Shown one piece after another: positions 18,202-26,499 of a stretch of DNA of 35,538 nucleotides. The notes under the pieces are model-generated. The model did no database searches. It was given only the letters and a program-made list of their open reading frames with translations, and was not told the DNA's origin. The translations under genes were made by a program, and so were the position numbers. The stretch lies in the sequence record SRR22947725_7213; one strand, given 5' to 3'. How positions within the stretch are numbered: the first letter of the stretch is position 1; each line of letters begins with the position of its first letter.

Positions 18202-19237
18202 GACGGATCCCTTTCACAGCCTTGGGTGTTCGCGCCTTCACAACAATGCGCCCTTCCACTCGCTCAAGGGTAGCGCCGGAGAGATCGATGGCGGACTGTC
18301 CTCGCCACTGGGTGAGCAAACCGTGGATCTGGTTCATCTGGGCAAAGCTGGGTGGGCCACCCCCCACCGCAATAACCATGCTCCGGAGCACGCGGGAGGA
18401 GATAGCAGAACTGTGCTCGAGCAAAATCTCGACCCCAACGCTGCGCTGACCCACTGTTTCGGCATCGACATGTTCGGAGATACAAGCTTGGGCAAACCCA
18501 TCCAGCGCCTCGGAGTCTTGTCGAAAGAGCGAGGCTGTTCGAGTCAGAGAATCAGCTACCCCTGGGCCCAATTCTTGTTCCAAGAGGGGAAGAACTTTGG
18601 TTCGCACGCGCGAGCGTGCGAACCGGTCATCATCGTTGTGGGGGTCATCCCACCATTCCACCCCCGCATCGCGCAGTGCTTGTCGAAGGGTTTCGCGTGA
18701 CAACTCCAGCAGCGGTCGATGAACCATTCCCTCGCGAACCGCCATGCCTTTGAGACCCGAAGGCCCACTGCCCCGGGCAAGGCCCAGCAGCACGGTCTCC
18801 GCCTGATCATCTTTCGTGTGAGCGAGGAGGACCCCTCTGGCACCCGTTTCTTTCAGGGCCTCTGAAAACGCCTGGTATCGGGCCTTTCTGGCGGCTTCTT
18901 CCGGTCCGCCCGCGTTCCCCACCGTGATTGTCTTGATGATGACGGGAGATAGCCCCCACCCCGTTGCCAGCTCTGCGGCGATTGTTGCCCGCTCGGCGGA
19001 GCCCGCTTGGAGCTGATGGTCAACAATGACCGCCCCAACTGGCAACGCGAGACCGGGAGCCTCCTCCGAGAGGGCCCAGGCAAGCGCTAGAGAGTCACCA
19101 CCACCACTGAGGGCCACCAAGTAGCCGCCGGTAGTGGGGTCCACAAGACCGGCCCACTCGCGAACCGCACGACGAACATCAGCCATCGCAGGGCTCAATC
19201 GTGGGCGTCTGTGCCCTGATTCTCGCCTCGGTGCCAC
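18191..19237 (-). CDS. tilS: tRNA(Ile)-lysidine synthetase
   Basis: PP-loop ALSGGGDS, EEAAR.ARY, HTKDDQAET, DPHN. TAACCT lies 6 nt before GTG 19237. Confidence 0.94.
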   Translation of the reverse strand: MAPRRESGHRRPRLSPAMADVRRAVREWAGLVDPTTGGYLVALSGGGDSLALAWALSEEAPGLALPVGAVIVDHQLQAGSAERATIAAELATGWGLSPVIIKTITVGNAGGPEEAARKARYQAFSEALKETGARGVLLAHTKDDQAETVLLGLARGSGPSGLKGMAVREGMVHRPLLELSRETLRQALRDAGVEWWDDPHNDDDRFARSRVRTKVLPLLEQELGPGVADSLTRTASLFRQDSEALDGFAQACISEHVDAETVGQRSVGVEILLEHSSAISSRVLRSMVIAVGGGPPSFAQMNQIHGLLTQWRGQSAIDLSGATLERVEGRIVVKARTPKAVKGIRRGL

Positions 19238-19282
19238 CCGGTAAGGTTACTTCACGAAGCTTTCGACAAAGGAGTAAAACCC

Positions 19283-19768
19283 ATGGCCGAATACCCCGCC
19301 GTCATTGAAATCCCTCGCGGGAGCCGCAACAAGTATGAAATTGACCACGAAACGGGTCGGATTTTCCTTGACCGCGTGCTCTACACAAACTTTGTGTACC
19401 CCGCCGACTACGGGTTTTTTGAACATACCCTGGGTTTGGATGGCGACCCCGTCGATGTCCTTGTTTTGACCGAGTACCCGCTCTTCCCCGGTGTCGGGCT
19501 TGCGGCCAGGCCAGTCGGGGTGTTTAACATGACCGACGATGGCGGCAGTGATGCCAAGGTCGTTGCCGTCCCAGCCGGTGACCCACGATGGAATCACATT
19601 CAGGATGTTTCCGACATTCCCGAATACACCCGCAAAGCCATCGAGCATTTCTTCGAGCATTACAAAGACTTAGAGCCTGGCAAATGGGTCAAGACCGAAG
19701 GGTGGGGCTCGTGCGCGGACGCAGAAGCCGTCATCGAAGCGGGGATTAAGGCGTTCCCGGGCCACTAG
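19283..19768 (+). CDS. ppa: Inorganic pyrophosphatase (family I)
   Basis: KYEIDHETG, YPADYG, DGDPVD, HFFEHYKDLEPGKW. AAGGAG RBS. Confidence 0.96.
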   Translation: MAEYPAVIEIPRGSRNKYEIDHETGRIFLDRVLYTNFVYPADYGFFEHTLGLDGDPVDVLVLTEYPLFPGVGLAARPVGVFNMTDDGGSDAKVVAVPAGDPRWNHIQDVSDIPEYTRKAIEHFFEHYKDLEPGKWVKTEGWGSCADAEAVIEAGIKAFPGH

Positions 19769-20988
19769 CCCAGGCGAATACCCCGGCTGATGAAGAACGG
19801 GTAGGGATCTTGAGAAACCATGTTGCGCCGGGTCTCTAGGTGCAAGTGGCAACCGGTGGATCCACCGGTATTGCCGATCCGCGCGATCAACTGACCGGTC
19901 ACTACCGATTGCCCCAGCCTGACGTAGAGGGAACCACTTTGAAGGTGGGCGTAGCCGGTGGTGTAGCCGTCACTGTGGGTTACCCGAATGAAATTTCCCG
20001 AGGTCCCTAGCCAACCCGAATAACTCACTCGCCCCGAATTTGCGGCATACACCGGGTTCCCGCAGGAGGTTGCTAAATCGGTTCCGGCATGAAGCCTGGC
20101 AATGCCATAAATGGGGTGAATCCGGGGCCCATAATGGCTAGAAATATAACCACCAGAGGGCCTCGCCCAGCCAGAGCTACTGATTTGACCCGGGTCAATC
20201 ATTCCCGCAATTTCAGACTGTGCACGAGCCACAACGCCTTTTTGGTAGTCCACTTCGGTGGCTTCGCGTTGTTCGACAAGAACCTCAAGCTGGGCTTCGA
20301 GGCGTGCGCTGTTTTCGTATTGCGCTTCGACCGCCGCATACGCTCGCATCGCCGCAGCGTTAGCGGCTTCATAGGCGCCCTCGGCAATGACTTGAAGTTC
20401 CTCACGAATTTCTCGAGCCACTTCGGCTTGATCGCTGAGGGATTGGGCCGCATTCATTTCCGCGAGGGCTTTCGCATAAATCCCATCGGTCTGTTCGGCA
20501 ATTTTGGCGGCATAGCCAATACGCGAGAGCAGCTGTGTCGCGTCATCACCGCTCACAAAAAGGGTTGCTGTCAGGTCTGCTCCCCCCACGCGAGCAAGCT
20601 CTGCAACGAACTGTCCCGCCTGGAGTCGAGACTCCTCAGCGAGAGTCGAGGCGGTATCGGCCTGGCTTTGAAGCTGAGCCTGCTTAAAGGTTGCCTCGTC
20701 TAACTCAAAGAGCGCTTCATAATAGATTTCGCCCAATCTGGCGGCTTCTTGCTCCGCTTCAGCGGAGGCTCGTTCGAGTCCGGCCAGTAGTTCCTGAATC
20801 TCTTTGACCTTTGCCTCGGCTTTAGCAACATCTTTACGTGCTTCTTGGACTTCTTCCCAGGTGGGGAATTCATCGGCAAACGCGGGGCTAGCCGGAGCAA
20901 GCGACAACCCTGCCACCAACGCAAGTGAAGCGAGAACGGCCGCCACCGCATAGCGTTGGCGCAGGAAAAAGGGGCTCACAATAGCCAA
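19765..20988 (-). CDS. Secreted coiled-coil M23-family peptidoglycan endopeptidase
   Basis: Signal peptide (…PAFA-DE), long coiled coil, C-terminal HAGTD and HLH zinc motifs. Exact start uncertain. Confidence 0.88.
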   Translation of the reverse strand: MAIVSPFFLRQRYAVAAVLASLALVAGLSLAPASPAFADEFPTWEEVQEARKDVAKAEAKVKEIQELLAGLERASAEAEQEAARLGEIYYEALFELDEATFKQAQLQSQADTASTLAEESRLQAGQFVAELARVGGADLTATLFVSGDDATQLLSRIGYAAKIAEQTDGIYAKALAEMNAAQSLSDQAEVAREIREELQVIAEGAYEAANAAAMRAYAAVEAQYENSARLEAQLEVLVEQREATEVDYQKGVVARAQSEIAGMIDPGQISSSGWARPSGGYISSHYGPRIHPIYGIARLHAGTDLATSCGNPVYAANSGRVSYSGWLGTSGNFIRVTHSDGYTTGYAHLQSGSLYVRLGQSVVTGQLIARIGNTGGSTGCHLHLETRRNMVSQDPYPFFISRGIRLG

Positions 20989-21046
20989 CGATAGCTACCT
21001 CGCCCCGAGAGACGTGGGTTTGATTCGGTGTGGCGAAGGGTGACGT

Positions 21047-21075
21047 TTGCATTCCCGGGCGCCCAACCCTAGACT
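21047..21075 (+). promoter_or_regulatory. Housekeeping sigma promoter of the tRNA cluster
   Basis: TTGCAT-17 bp-TAGACT. Confidence 0.65.
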
Positions 21076-21108
21076 CAATCCCTGTTGCTATGCTTTGGCA
21101 GTAGCTTC

Positions 21109-21181
21109 GGCCCCATCGTTTAGTGGCCTAGGACGCCGCCCTTTCACGGCGGTAGCACGGGTTCGAATCCCGTTGGGGTCA
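21109..21181 (+). tRNA. tRNA-Glu(TTC)
   Basis: GGCCCCA...CCGCC-CTTTCAC-GGCGG...GTTCGAATC...TGGGGTC-A. CCA not encoded. Confidence 0.95.
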
Positions 21182-21200
21182 CAATATAATTTAATAGCAT

Positions 21201-21274
21201 GGCCCTGTAGCGCAGTTGGTTAGCGTGCCGCCCTGTCACGGCGGAGGTCGCGGGTTCAAGTCCCGTCAGGGTCG
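21201..21274 (+). tRNA. tRNA-Asp(GTC)
   Basis: GGCCCTG...CCGCC-CTGTCAC-GGCGG...GTTCAAGTC...CAGGGTC-G. CCA not encoded. Confidence 0.95.
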
Positions 21275-21281
21275 CGGTGAT

Positions 21282-21306
21282 GAGCCTCTCGAAAGAGAGG
21301 CTCTTT
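21282..21306 (+). terminator. Perfect hairpin between tRNA-Asp and tRNA-Phe
   Basis: GAGCCTCTC-GAAA-GAGAGGCTC followed by TTT. Confidence 0.55.
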
Positions 21307-21314
21307 CACACCAT

Positions 21315-21387
21315 GGCTCTGTAGCTCAGTTGGTAGAGCGTTCGACTGAAAATCGAAAGGTCACCGGATCGATGCCGGTCGGAGCCA
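21315..21387 (+). tRNA. tRNA-Phe(GAA)
   Basis: GGCTCTG...TTCGA-CTGAAAA-TCGAA...ACCGG-ATCGATG-CCGGT-CGGAGCC-A. Atypical T-loop, CCA not encoded. Confidence 0.92.
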
Positions 21388-21430
21388 CAAAACCCTCGCA
21401 GAGCGTTCCTCATGCGGGGGTTTTTGTGGC
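21384..21430. terminator. Probable bidirectional terminator between tRNA-Phe and the convergent desaturase
   Basis: GCCACAAAACCCTCGCA...TGCGGGGGTTTTTGTGGC inverted repeat with A and T tracts on either side. Confidence 0.65.
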
Positions 21431-21449
21431 CAACCACTGGTCCGGTTCC

Positions 21450-22865
21450 TCAGTCTTGAAGCGCTCGAAGCATCCTTCTGGTCGAAATGAGGACTCCACC
21501 CAACACCGCAGGAATCCCACCACCAGGATGGACGCTCGATCCCACCCGCCACAACCACGGGGTTCGCTTGGAGTTGTAGGCCGGGGAATGAAAAGGTCCG
21601 CTCCGCCACCACGGTGCTGGTGCTCCGTACAGCGCTCCGCCCACGGCCCCGAAGCCTGCGAAGTATTCAGGGTCCAAAATTGTGTGCTCGGTCATCATCT
21701 CCGTGATGGGTTTACTCAAACCTAAAAGGTCTGAGAACCGTCGGGATTCTCGCTGAACGAAGTCATCTTCGAAAGAGCAGGCCTTGCCATCCGGTGGCGC
21801 GGTGAGCAAAAGGGCTGCGACGGGTTGGGTGTTGGGATAAATGTCCCCTGCGCGGTAATAATTCAAAAACGCCATCGTTTCCTGTGGTCTCTGGCCTTTA
21901 CCTAGCGACCGGAAAAGGGCTTCGGGCTCCTCAGGCATCATGACCGAATGGGTGACAATGTCTGCCGGCAACTCTTCTTCCAAGACACCAAAGATTGCCA
22001 CCCCCGAGCAGGAGAGCTTGCGGGGCGGTGCACTCCTCTTCCCCATGAGCCCCTCCAAGATGCCCCCATCGACTGCGCTAACGACATAGTCGGAGGAATA
22101 GGTTGCCGCAGCGGTCGTGACGACTCCTGGGGTGACGCTGAGAACGTGCTCTCCGGTGTGAAGATCAACTCCCGCTGCGCGGGCAAGGTTCTCTAGCCCC
22201 TGTGCAATTTCATACACGCCGCCTTTGGGGACGAATACTCCGTCCTCGGCCATCACCGCAGCCATCGTGGCGTAGAGGGCGAGCGTCTGATCAGGGGACA
22301 CCCCCGCATTCAGAGTGTGAATGGAGATGACATCTTTGAGGTCGTGGGGCATCCAGTCCAAACCATCGAGATAGCTCTTGGTGGTGAGCCTGGTCCCATA
22401 TCGCTTCAATAATTCTTTTCCCGCACCCAAAATTCCTGGATCCCACGGGTCCTTTGTCAACAATGTGGTGATGGCCTCGCCTAAACCACCGTGCTCATGC
22501 TGAAATCTCTGCCACGCTGCATGCCACGGATGCCCTTCTTCCACGGGCAGGTTGGCCGCCTGACCTCGGAAGTAGTACCGCCCCACCTCCGGCAGGCGCT
22601 CCAGTTTCACGCCGGCGATGGTTTCTGCCGAAGGGCCATCGCCCAAAGAGTCCCAGGTCTCGAGGATTTGTTGCCACACGCCAGGGAACGTCACCAGAGA
22701 TGGTCCGGTGTCGATTCTCTGACCGGCAACTTCTATTCGCCGGCTCTTTCCCCCCAGCCACTCGTTGCCCTCGACAAGCGTGACTTTGTGTCCAGCCCGC
22801 CCGAGGAGAGCAGCGGTGGCAAGGCCACCGAGTCCGCCGCCGACGACGGTAATCGTTCTATTCAT
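21450..22865 (-). CDS. Phytoene desaturase-family FAD oxidoreductase (CrtI/CrtD-like carotenoid desaturase)
   Basis: VVGGGLGGL FAD motif, GGK...IDTGPSLVT, C-terminal GGALYG and VHPGGGIPAVL. Confidence 0.8.
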   Translation of the reverse strand: MNRTITVVGGGLGGLATAALLGRAGHKVTLVEGNEWLGGKSRRIEVAGQRIDTGPSLVTFPGVWQQILETWDSLGDGPSAETIAGVKLERLPEVGRYYFRGQAANLPVEEGHPWHAAWQRFQHEHGGLGEAITTLLTKDPWDPGILGAGKELLKRYGTRLTTKSYLDGLDWMPHDLKDVISIHTLNAGVSPDQTLALYATMAAVMAEDGVFVPKGGVYEIAQGLENLARAAGVDLHTGEHVLSVTPGVVTTAAATYSSDYVVSAVDGGILEGLMGKRSAPPRKLSCSGVAIFGVLEEELPADIVTHSVMMPEEPEALFRSLGKGQRPQETMAFLNYYRAGDIYPNTQPVAALLLTAPPDGKACSFEDDFVQRESRRFSDLLGLSKPITEMMTEHTILDPEYFAGFGAVGGALYGAPAPWWRSGPFHSPAYNSKRTPWLWRVGSSVHPGGGIPAVLGGVLISTRRMLRALQD

Positions 22866-23710
22866 CAGTTGGGATATACCCCAAGAACCAGACCTGTCAC
22901 TAACTGCACCCCGGCAACCCCACCGGCCACATAGGGAAAGGCCACGGAGTATCGATAGAGCTTCCTGGCGGTAGCAATATCGGGCCTACGCCATTGGGCA
23001 AGGACAAGCCAGCCCGCAAGCGCTGCGTTAGCAACAGCCACCGGGATGTTGACCAGAGCGAACAAGACGGTGGCGACAATCCACCATCCCCCCGACCACA
23101 GGAGGGATCCCTTGATGCCAAACTTCACCGCGGTGGTAATAATTCCTGCCGCTGCGTCTTCATCGATGTCTTGAATGGCGTCGTAGACGTGTTTTGCCAA
23201 CGACCACGCCATCAACCCCAGTGCCGCCGCCCACACCGGGGAAACACCAAGGGCTAGAGGAACAAAAACCAAGGGGAAGGCGTAGTCGGCATTAGACACC
23301 GAATCCAGGATGGGGCGACCTTTGAGGCGAAGGGGGGTTGCGGAGTACTGCCAGAAGAAGAGAGCGTAGGCAGCCATCCAGGCCACCGCTGCGGGAGGCA
23401 AGGTGATCGCGAAATACACAAAGAAGGGGATGTTGGTGGCGATGACCCCCCAACCGATCATTTTTGTTTCGTGGGGCTTGATCTTCGCTCCGCCGTAGCC
23501 GCCTTTGCGGTCGTTGTCGGAATCCGTGTCCTGGTCGTAAATATCGTTGATGCCATAAATCAGCAGGTTGAAGGGGAAGCTCACCCACAAAAGTAGGGGA
23601 ACGATGGACCAGGTCCACAGATCTCCCGCTAGCCACATACCAATAACGGTGGTGCCGATGGTGTTAACCCAGAGGACCGGTCTGGACACTTCAATGAGGC
23701 GCCTTATCAC
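22865..23710 (-). CDS. UbiA-family prenyltransferase, lycopene elongase (CrtEb/LyeJ)-like
   Basis: SRPVLWVNT, YGINDIYDQDTD...RKGG, YS..PLRLK.RP.LDS.SN, AIQDIDED. Coupled to the desaturase by TGATG. Confidence 0.8.
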   Translation of the reverse strand: MIRRLIEVSRPVLWVNTIGTTVIGMWLAGDLWTWSIVPLLLWVSFPFNLLIYGINDIYDQDTDSDNDRKGGYGGAKIKPHETKMIGWGVIATNIPFFVYFAITLPPAAVAWMAAYALFFWQYSATPLRLKGRPILDSVSNADYAFPLVFVPLALGVSPVWAAALGLMAWSLAKHVYDAIQDIDEDAAAGIITTAVKFGIKGSLLWSGGWWIVATVLFALVNIPVAVANAALAGWLVLAQWRRPDIATARKLYRYSVAFPYVAGGVAGVQLVTGLVLGVYPN

Positions 23711-23743
23711 CGCTTCACTCTACCGGTGAGTCTCTGATGGCCC

Positions 23744-24532
23744 TCAGAGTTTGGGGTGCAGCGGTCCCCGGTGGAGTTTGTATTGCATCGCTTGGGCGAG
23801 GGGCTTCATCTGGATCAGATCCAGATTCACATGGGCGGGGCTCTCCAGGGCATACCTCACCACATCAGCAACATCTTCCGCCAACAATGGGGATTCAACC
23901 CCCTCGTAGAGCGCCTGCGTTTTGGCCTGATCACCACCAAAGCGGTTTAGGGCGAACTCTTCAGTTTTCACCATGCCAGGCGCAATTTCAACGACCCGGA
24001 TAGGTTCTCCCACTAATTCCAACCTCAACGCCATGAGGGCCGCGTGAAGTCCTGCTTTGGCTGCGTTATACCCACCGCCCCCTTCATAACTTATAAAGGC
24101 AGCAGTGGAAGAAATCGTGACGATGTCGGCGACCCCGCGTCCCACACTGTTCTCACGCAACGCGGGGAGAAAAGCACGAATCATTCGCTGGACACTCACC
24201 AGATTCAGCTCCATCATCATCGCCCAGTCATCCGGGTCAGCCTCTGCCACCCAATCGGCGCCCACTGCCCCGCCGGCGACATTAACCAGTGCGTCAATTC
24301 CGCCGGTCTCCGTTACCGTTTTCGCCAGCGCCGCGACGTCATCGCTGCTCGTGACATCGGCGACAAAAATGTCACACCCTGTTTCCGCTGCCAAGGCCTC
24401 AAGTCGATCGAGACGTCTAGCAACGGCCATGACGTCCCACGATGCCGCCCGCAGTGCCCGCACCGTCGCAGCGCCAATACCGGAGCTTGCTCCTGTCACC
24501 AGGGCGCGCCCCGGAGGGGGGTTAGTGATCAC
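23744..24532 (-). CDS. Short-chain dehydrogenase/reductase (YdfG-like)
   Basis: TGASSGIG, YNAAK catalytic motif, EIAPGMVKTEEF. Confidence 0.9.
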   Translation of the reverse strand: MITNPPPGRALVTGASSGIGAATVRALRAASWDVMAVARRLDRLEALAAETGCDIFVADVTSSDDVAALAKTVTETGGIDALVNVAGGAVGADWVAEADPDDWAMMMELNLVSVQRMIRAFLPALRENSVGRGVADIVTISSTAAFISYEGGGGYNAAKAGLHAALMALRLELVGEPIRVVEIAPGMVKTEEFALNRFGGDQAKTQALYEGVESPLLAEDVADVVRYALESPAHVNLDLIQMKPLAQAMQYKLHRGPLHPKL

Positions 24533-24818
24533 CCTCTAGCCCAATCGATCCGATGACGACAGACCATGGTGCCACCTCGCGTCGTGTGATCAAACCCTGA
24601 ATCCAAAAGGGATCATGGTCCAACTTTTCGACAATGCTCGCTTCGTCTACGCCCTCACAAATGATGAGTGCGCCAGGGCCCTCGCTGGTAGCTAGTGGGC
24701 CGCTAGCAATTACGCCCAAACCCACCAGTGAGCGCACATACTCCCGGTGGACAGGGCGGTGGTCATCCAGTTTTTCGGGGTCATCGGCGTATCGATAGGT
24801 GACCGCGAAAATCGCCAT
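24522..24818 (-). CDS. YciI-family protein
   Basis: HRPVHREY, SGP, GALII, DPF motifs. Confidence 0.85.
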   Translation of the reverse strand: MAIFAVTYRYADDPEKLDDHRPVHREYVRSLVGLGVIASGPLATSEGPGALIICEGVDEASIVEKLDHDPFWIQGLITRREVAPWSVVIGSIGLEGDH

Positions 24819-24826
24819 CGAAGGGC

Positions 24827-26200
24827 CTAGAGAGCTTTGACGGCGCTGAGGACCTTGCCCAAAGTCTCTTTTGCATCGCCGAACAAGAGTGTCGTGTTGG
24901 GTTCATACAACAGCTCATTTTCGATACCCGCGAAACCAGGACGCATCGAGCGCTTCAGGAATACAACCTGCTTCGCTTCACCCGCGTCAAGAATGGGCAT
25001 GCCATAAATGGGGGACCCCGGTGTGGTCTTTGCGGCGGGGTTCACCACGTCGTTTGCCCCCACGACTAGACACACATCAGCGGTCTTGAACTGAGGGTTC
25101 ACCTCATCCATTTCCTGCAGCACCTCGTAGGGGACGTTGGCTTCTGCAAGCAAGACGTTCATGTGTCCTGGCATACGACCGGCAACAGGGTGGATGCCGA
25201 AGACAACTTCGATTCCTTTCCCTTCGAGGGCCTTGGCCAATTCATACATCGTGTGCTGAGCTTGAGCAACAGCAAGGCCATAACCAGGAACCACGATGAC
25301 CCGCTGGGCATAACCGAGCAGGATGGCAACATCCTCAGCAGAACCCGACTTCACCGGTCGATCCGAAATTTCGGTCGACCCGGCGGTGGAGCCGCCCTTG
25401 AAAGCGCCAAAGATGATGTTGTTCACACTGCGTCCCATGGCACTGGCCATCGCACGGGTCAAGATTGTTCCCGAAGCGCCGACCAAAGTTCCTGCGACAA
25501 GCAGCAGGGTGTTGCCAAGCACCAAACCAGAGGCTGCCACAGCCAGACCGGTCATGGCGTTCAGCAAAGAAATCACGATCGGGACGTCGGCACCACCGAC
25601 GGGCAGAACCAGCAACACACCCATCACGAGGCCCACAACCATCAAGGCGGTCCCGAGGAGGAAGCTGCCCTGAAGCACAACGAGGACGGAGCCCACCAAG
25701 GCGGCGATGGTCAAAATCCCCATCACATACTGCTGACCCTTGAATAACACAGGGCGCGTGGTCATCATTTCCTGCAACTTGGCAAAAGTAATGACGGAGC
25801 CCGAGAAGGAAATGCTTCCCACGAAAATGGTGAACGCCACAGCGATGAGGAAGCCCAGCGAGTCGGCGGCACCAAGCTCCAGGTATGCCACCACAGCGGC
25901 AGCGCCACCACCCACGCCATTGAAGAGCGCAACGAGCTGAGGCATCTGGGTCATCTTGACCATGCGGGACGCGGGCACAGAAATTGCAGAACCCACGGCA
26001 ATCACGATCAGAATCAAGGCGATATTACTGAGCTCTTCGGCCAAGAAGACGGTGACGACACCAACAACGGCGCCCAGGGCGCCCAGCAAGTTTCCGCGCC
26101 GGGCGGACTTAGGAGAAGCAAGGCCTCGGAGCGCCAAGATAAAGCAGACCGCGGCAAAAAGGTAGAGAAGTGCTTCGACTTCTTCGGTGAGGACACTCAT
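24827..26200 (-). CDS. pntB: NAD(P) transhydrogenase subunit beta
   Basis: MTQMPQLVA, GGADVPIVISLLN, VPGYGLAVAQAQ, HPVAGRMPGHMNVLLAEA, GANDVVNPAA. Confidence 0.96.
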   Translation of the reverse strand: MSVLTEEVEALLYLFAAVCFILALRGLASPKSARRGNLLGALGAVVGVVTVFLAEELSNIALILIVIAVGSAISVPASRMVKMTQMPQLVALFNGVGGGAAAVVAYLELGAADSLGFLIAVAFTIFVGSISFSGSVITFAKLQEMMTTRPVLFKGQQYVMGILTIAALVGSVLVVLQGSFLLGTALMVVGLVMGVLLVLPVGGADVPIVISLLNAMTGLAVAASGLVLGNTLLLVAGTLVGASGTILTRAMASAMGRSVNNIIFGAFKGGSTAGSTEISDRPVKSGSAEDVAILLGYAQRVIVVPGYGLAVAQAQHTMYELAKALEGKGIEVVFGIHPVAGRMPGHMNVLLAEANVPYEVLQEMDEVNPQFKTADVCLVVGANDVVNPAAKTTPGSPIYGMPILDAGEAKQVVFLKRSMRPGFAGIENELLYEPNTTLLFGDAKETLGKVLSAVKAL

Positions 26201-26499
26201 GAGGCAGCCCCTTCCGAGCTCTTCTTCTTTCCGCCAAACATTTCTAACATCCGGTCTGTGACGACGAAGCCACCAACTAAGTTCACGGTGGCCATGAGCA
26301 CCGCAATCAAAGCGAGAACGAGCTTCCAGGTTTCGTCAGCATGCCCGGCCACGACAACGGCACCCACAAGAATGATGCCGTGGATGGCGTTTGCCCCCGA
26401 CATCAAAGGGGTGTGCAGTGTGCTGGAGACTTTAGACACCACTTCAAACCCGACGAACACCGCCAGGACAAAGTAGGTCAGGAGCTCAATGGATTCCAT
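26197..26499 (-). CDS. pntAB: NAD(P) transhydrogenase subunit alpha part 2 (membrane)
   Basis: LHTPLMSGANAIHG, NLVGGFVVTDRMLEMF. Confidence 0.93.
   Translation of the reverse strand: MESIELLTYFVLAVFVGFEVVSKVSSTLHTPLMSGANAIHGIILVGAVVVAGHADETWKLVLALIAVLMATVNLVGGFVVTDRMLEMFGGKKKSSEGAAS

Noticed and set aside
15259..18700. Long plus-strand ORFs (380, 437 and 226 aa) opposite folE/ftsH/hpt/tilS
   Set aside because: Antisense shadow frames with no motifs. The minus-strand genes are unambiguous.
21216..21725. 169-aa ORF over tRNA-Asp/Phe
   Set aside because: Overlaps two tRNAs and the antisense strand of the desaturase.
21388..23743. Possible genomic island at tRNA-Phe carrying the carotenoid genes
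   Set aside because: By eye I found no duplicate of the tRNA-Phe 3' end, no integrase and no clear compositional shift.
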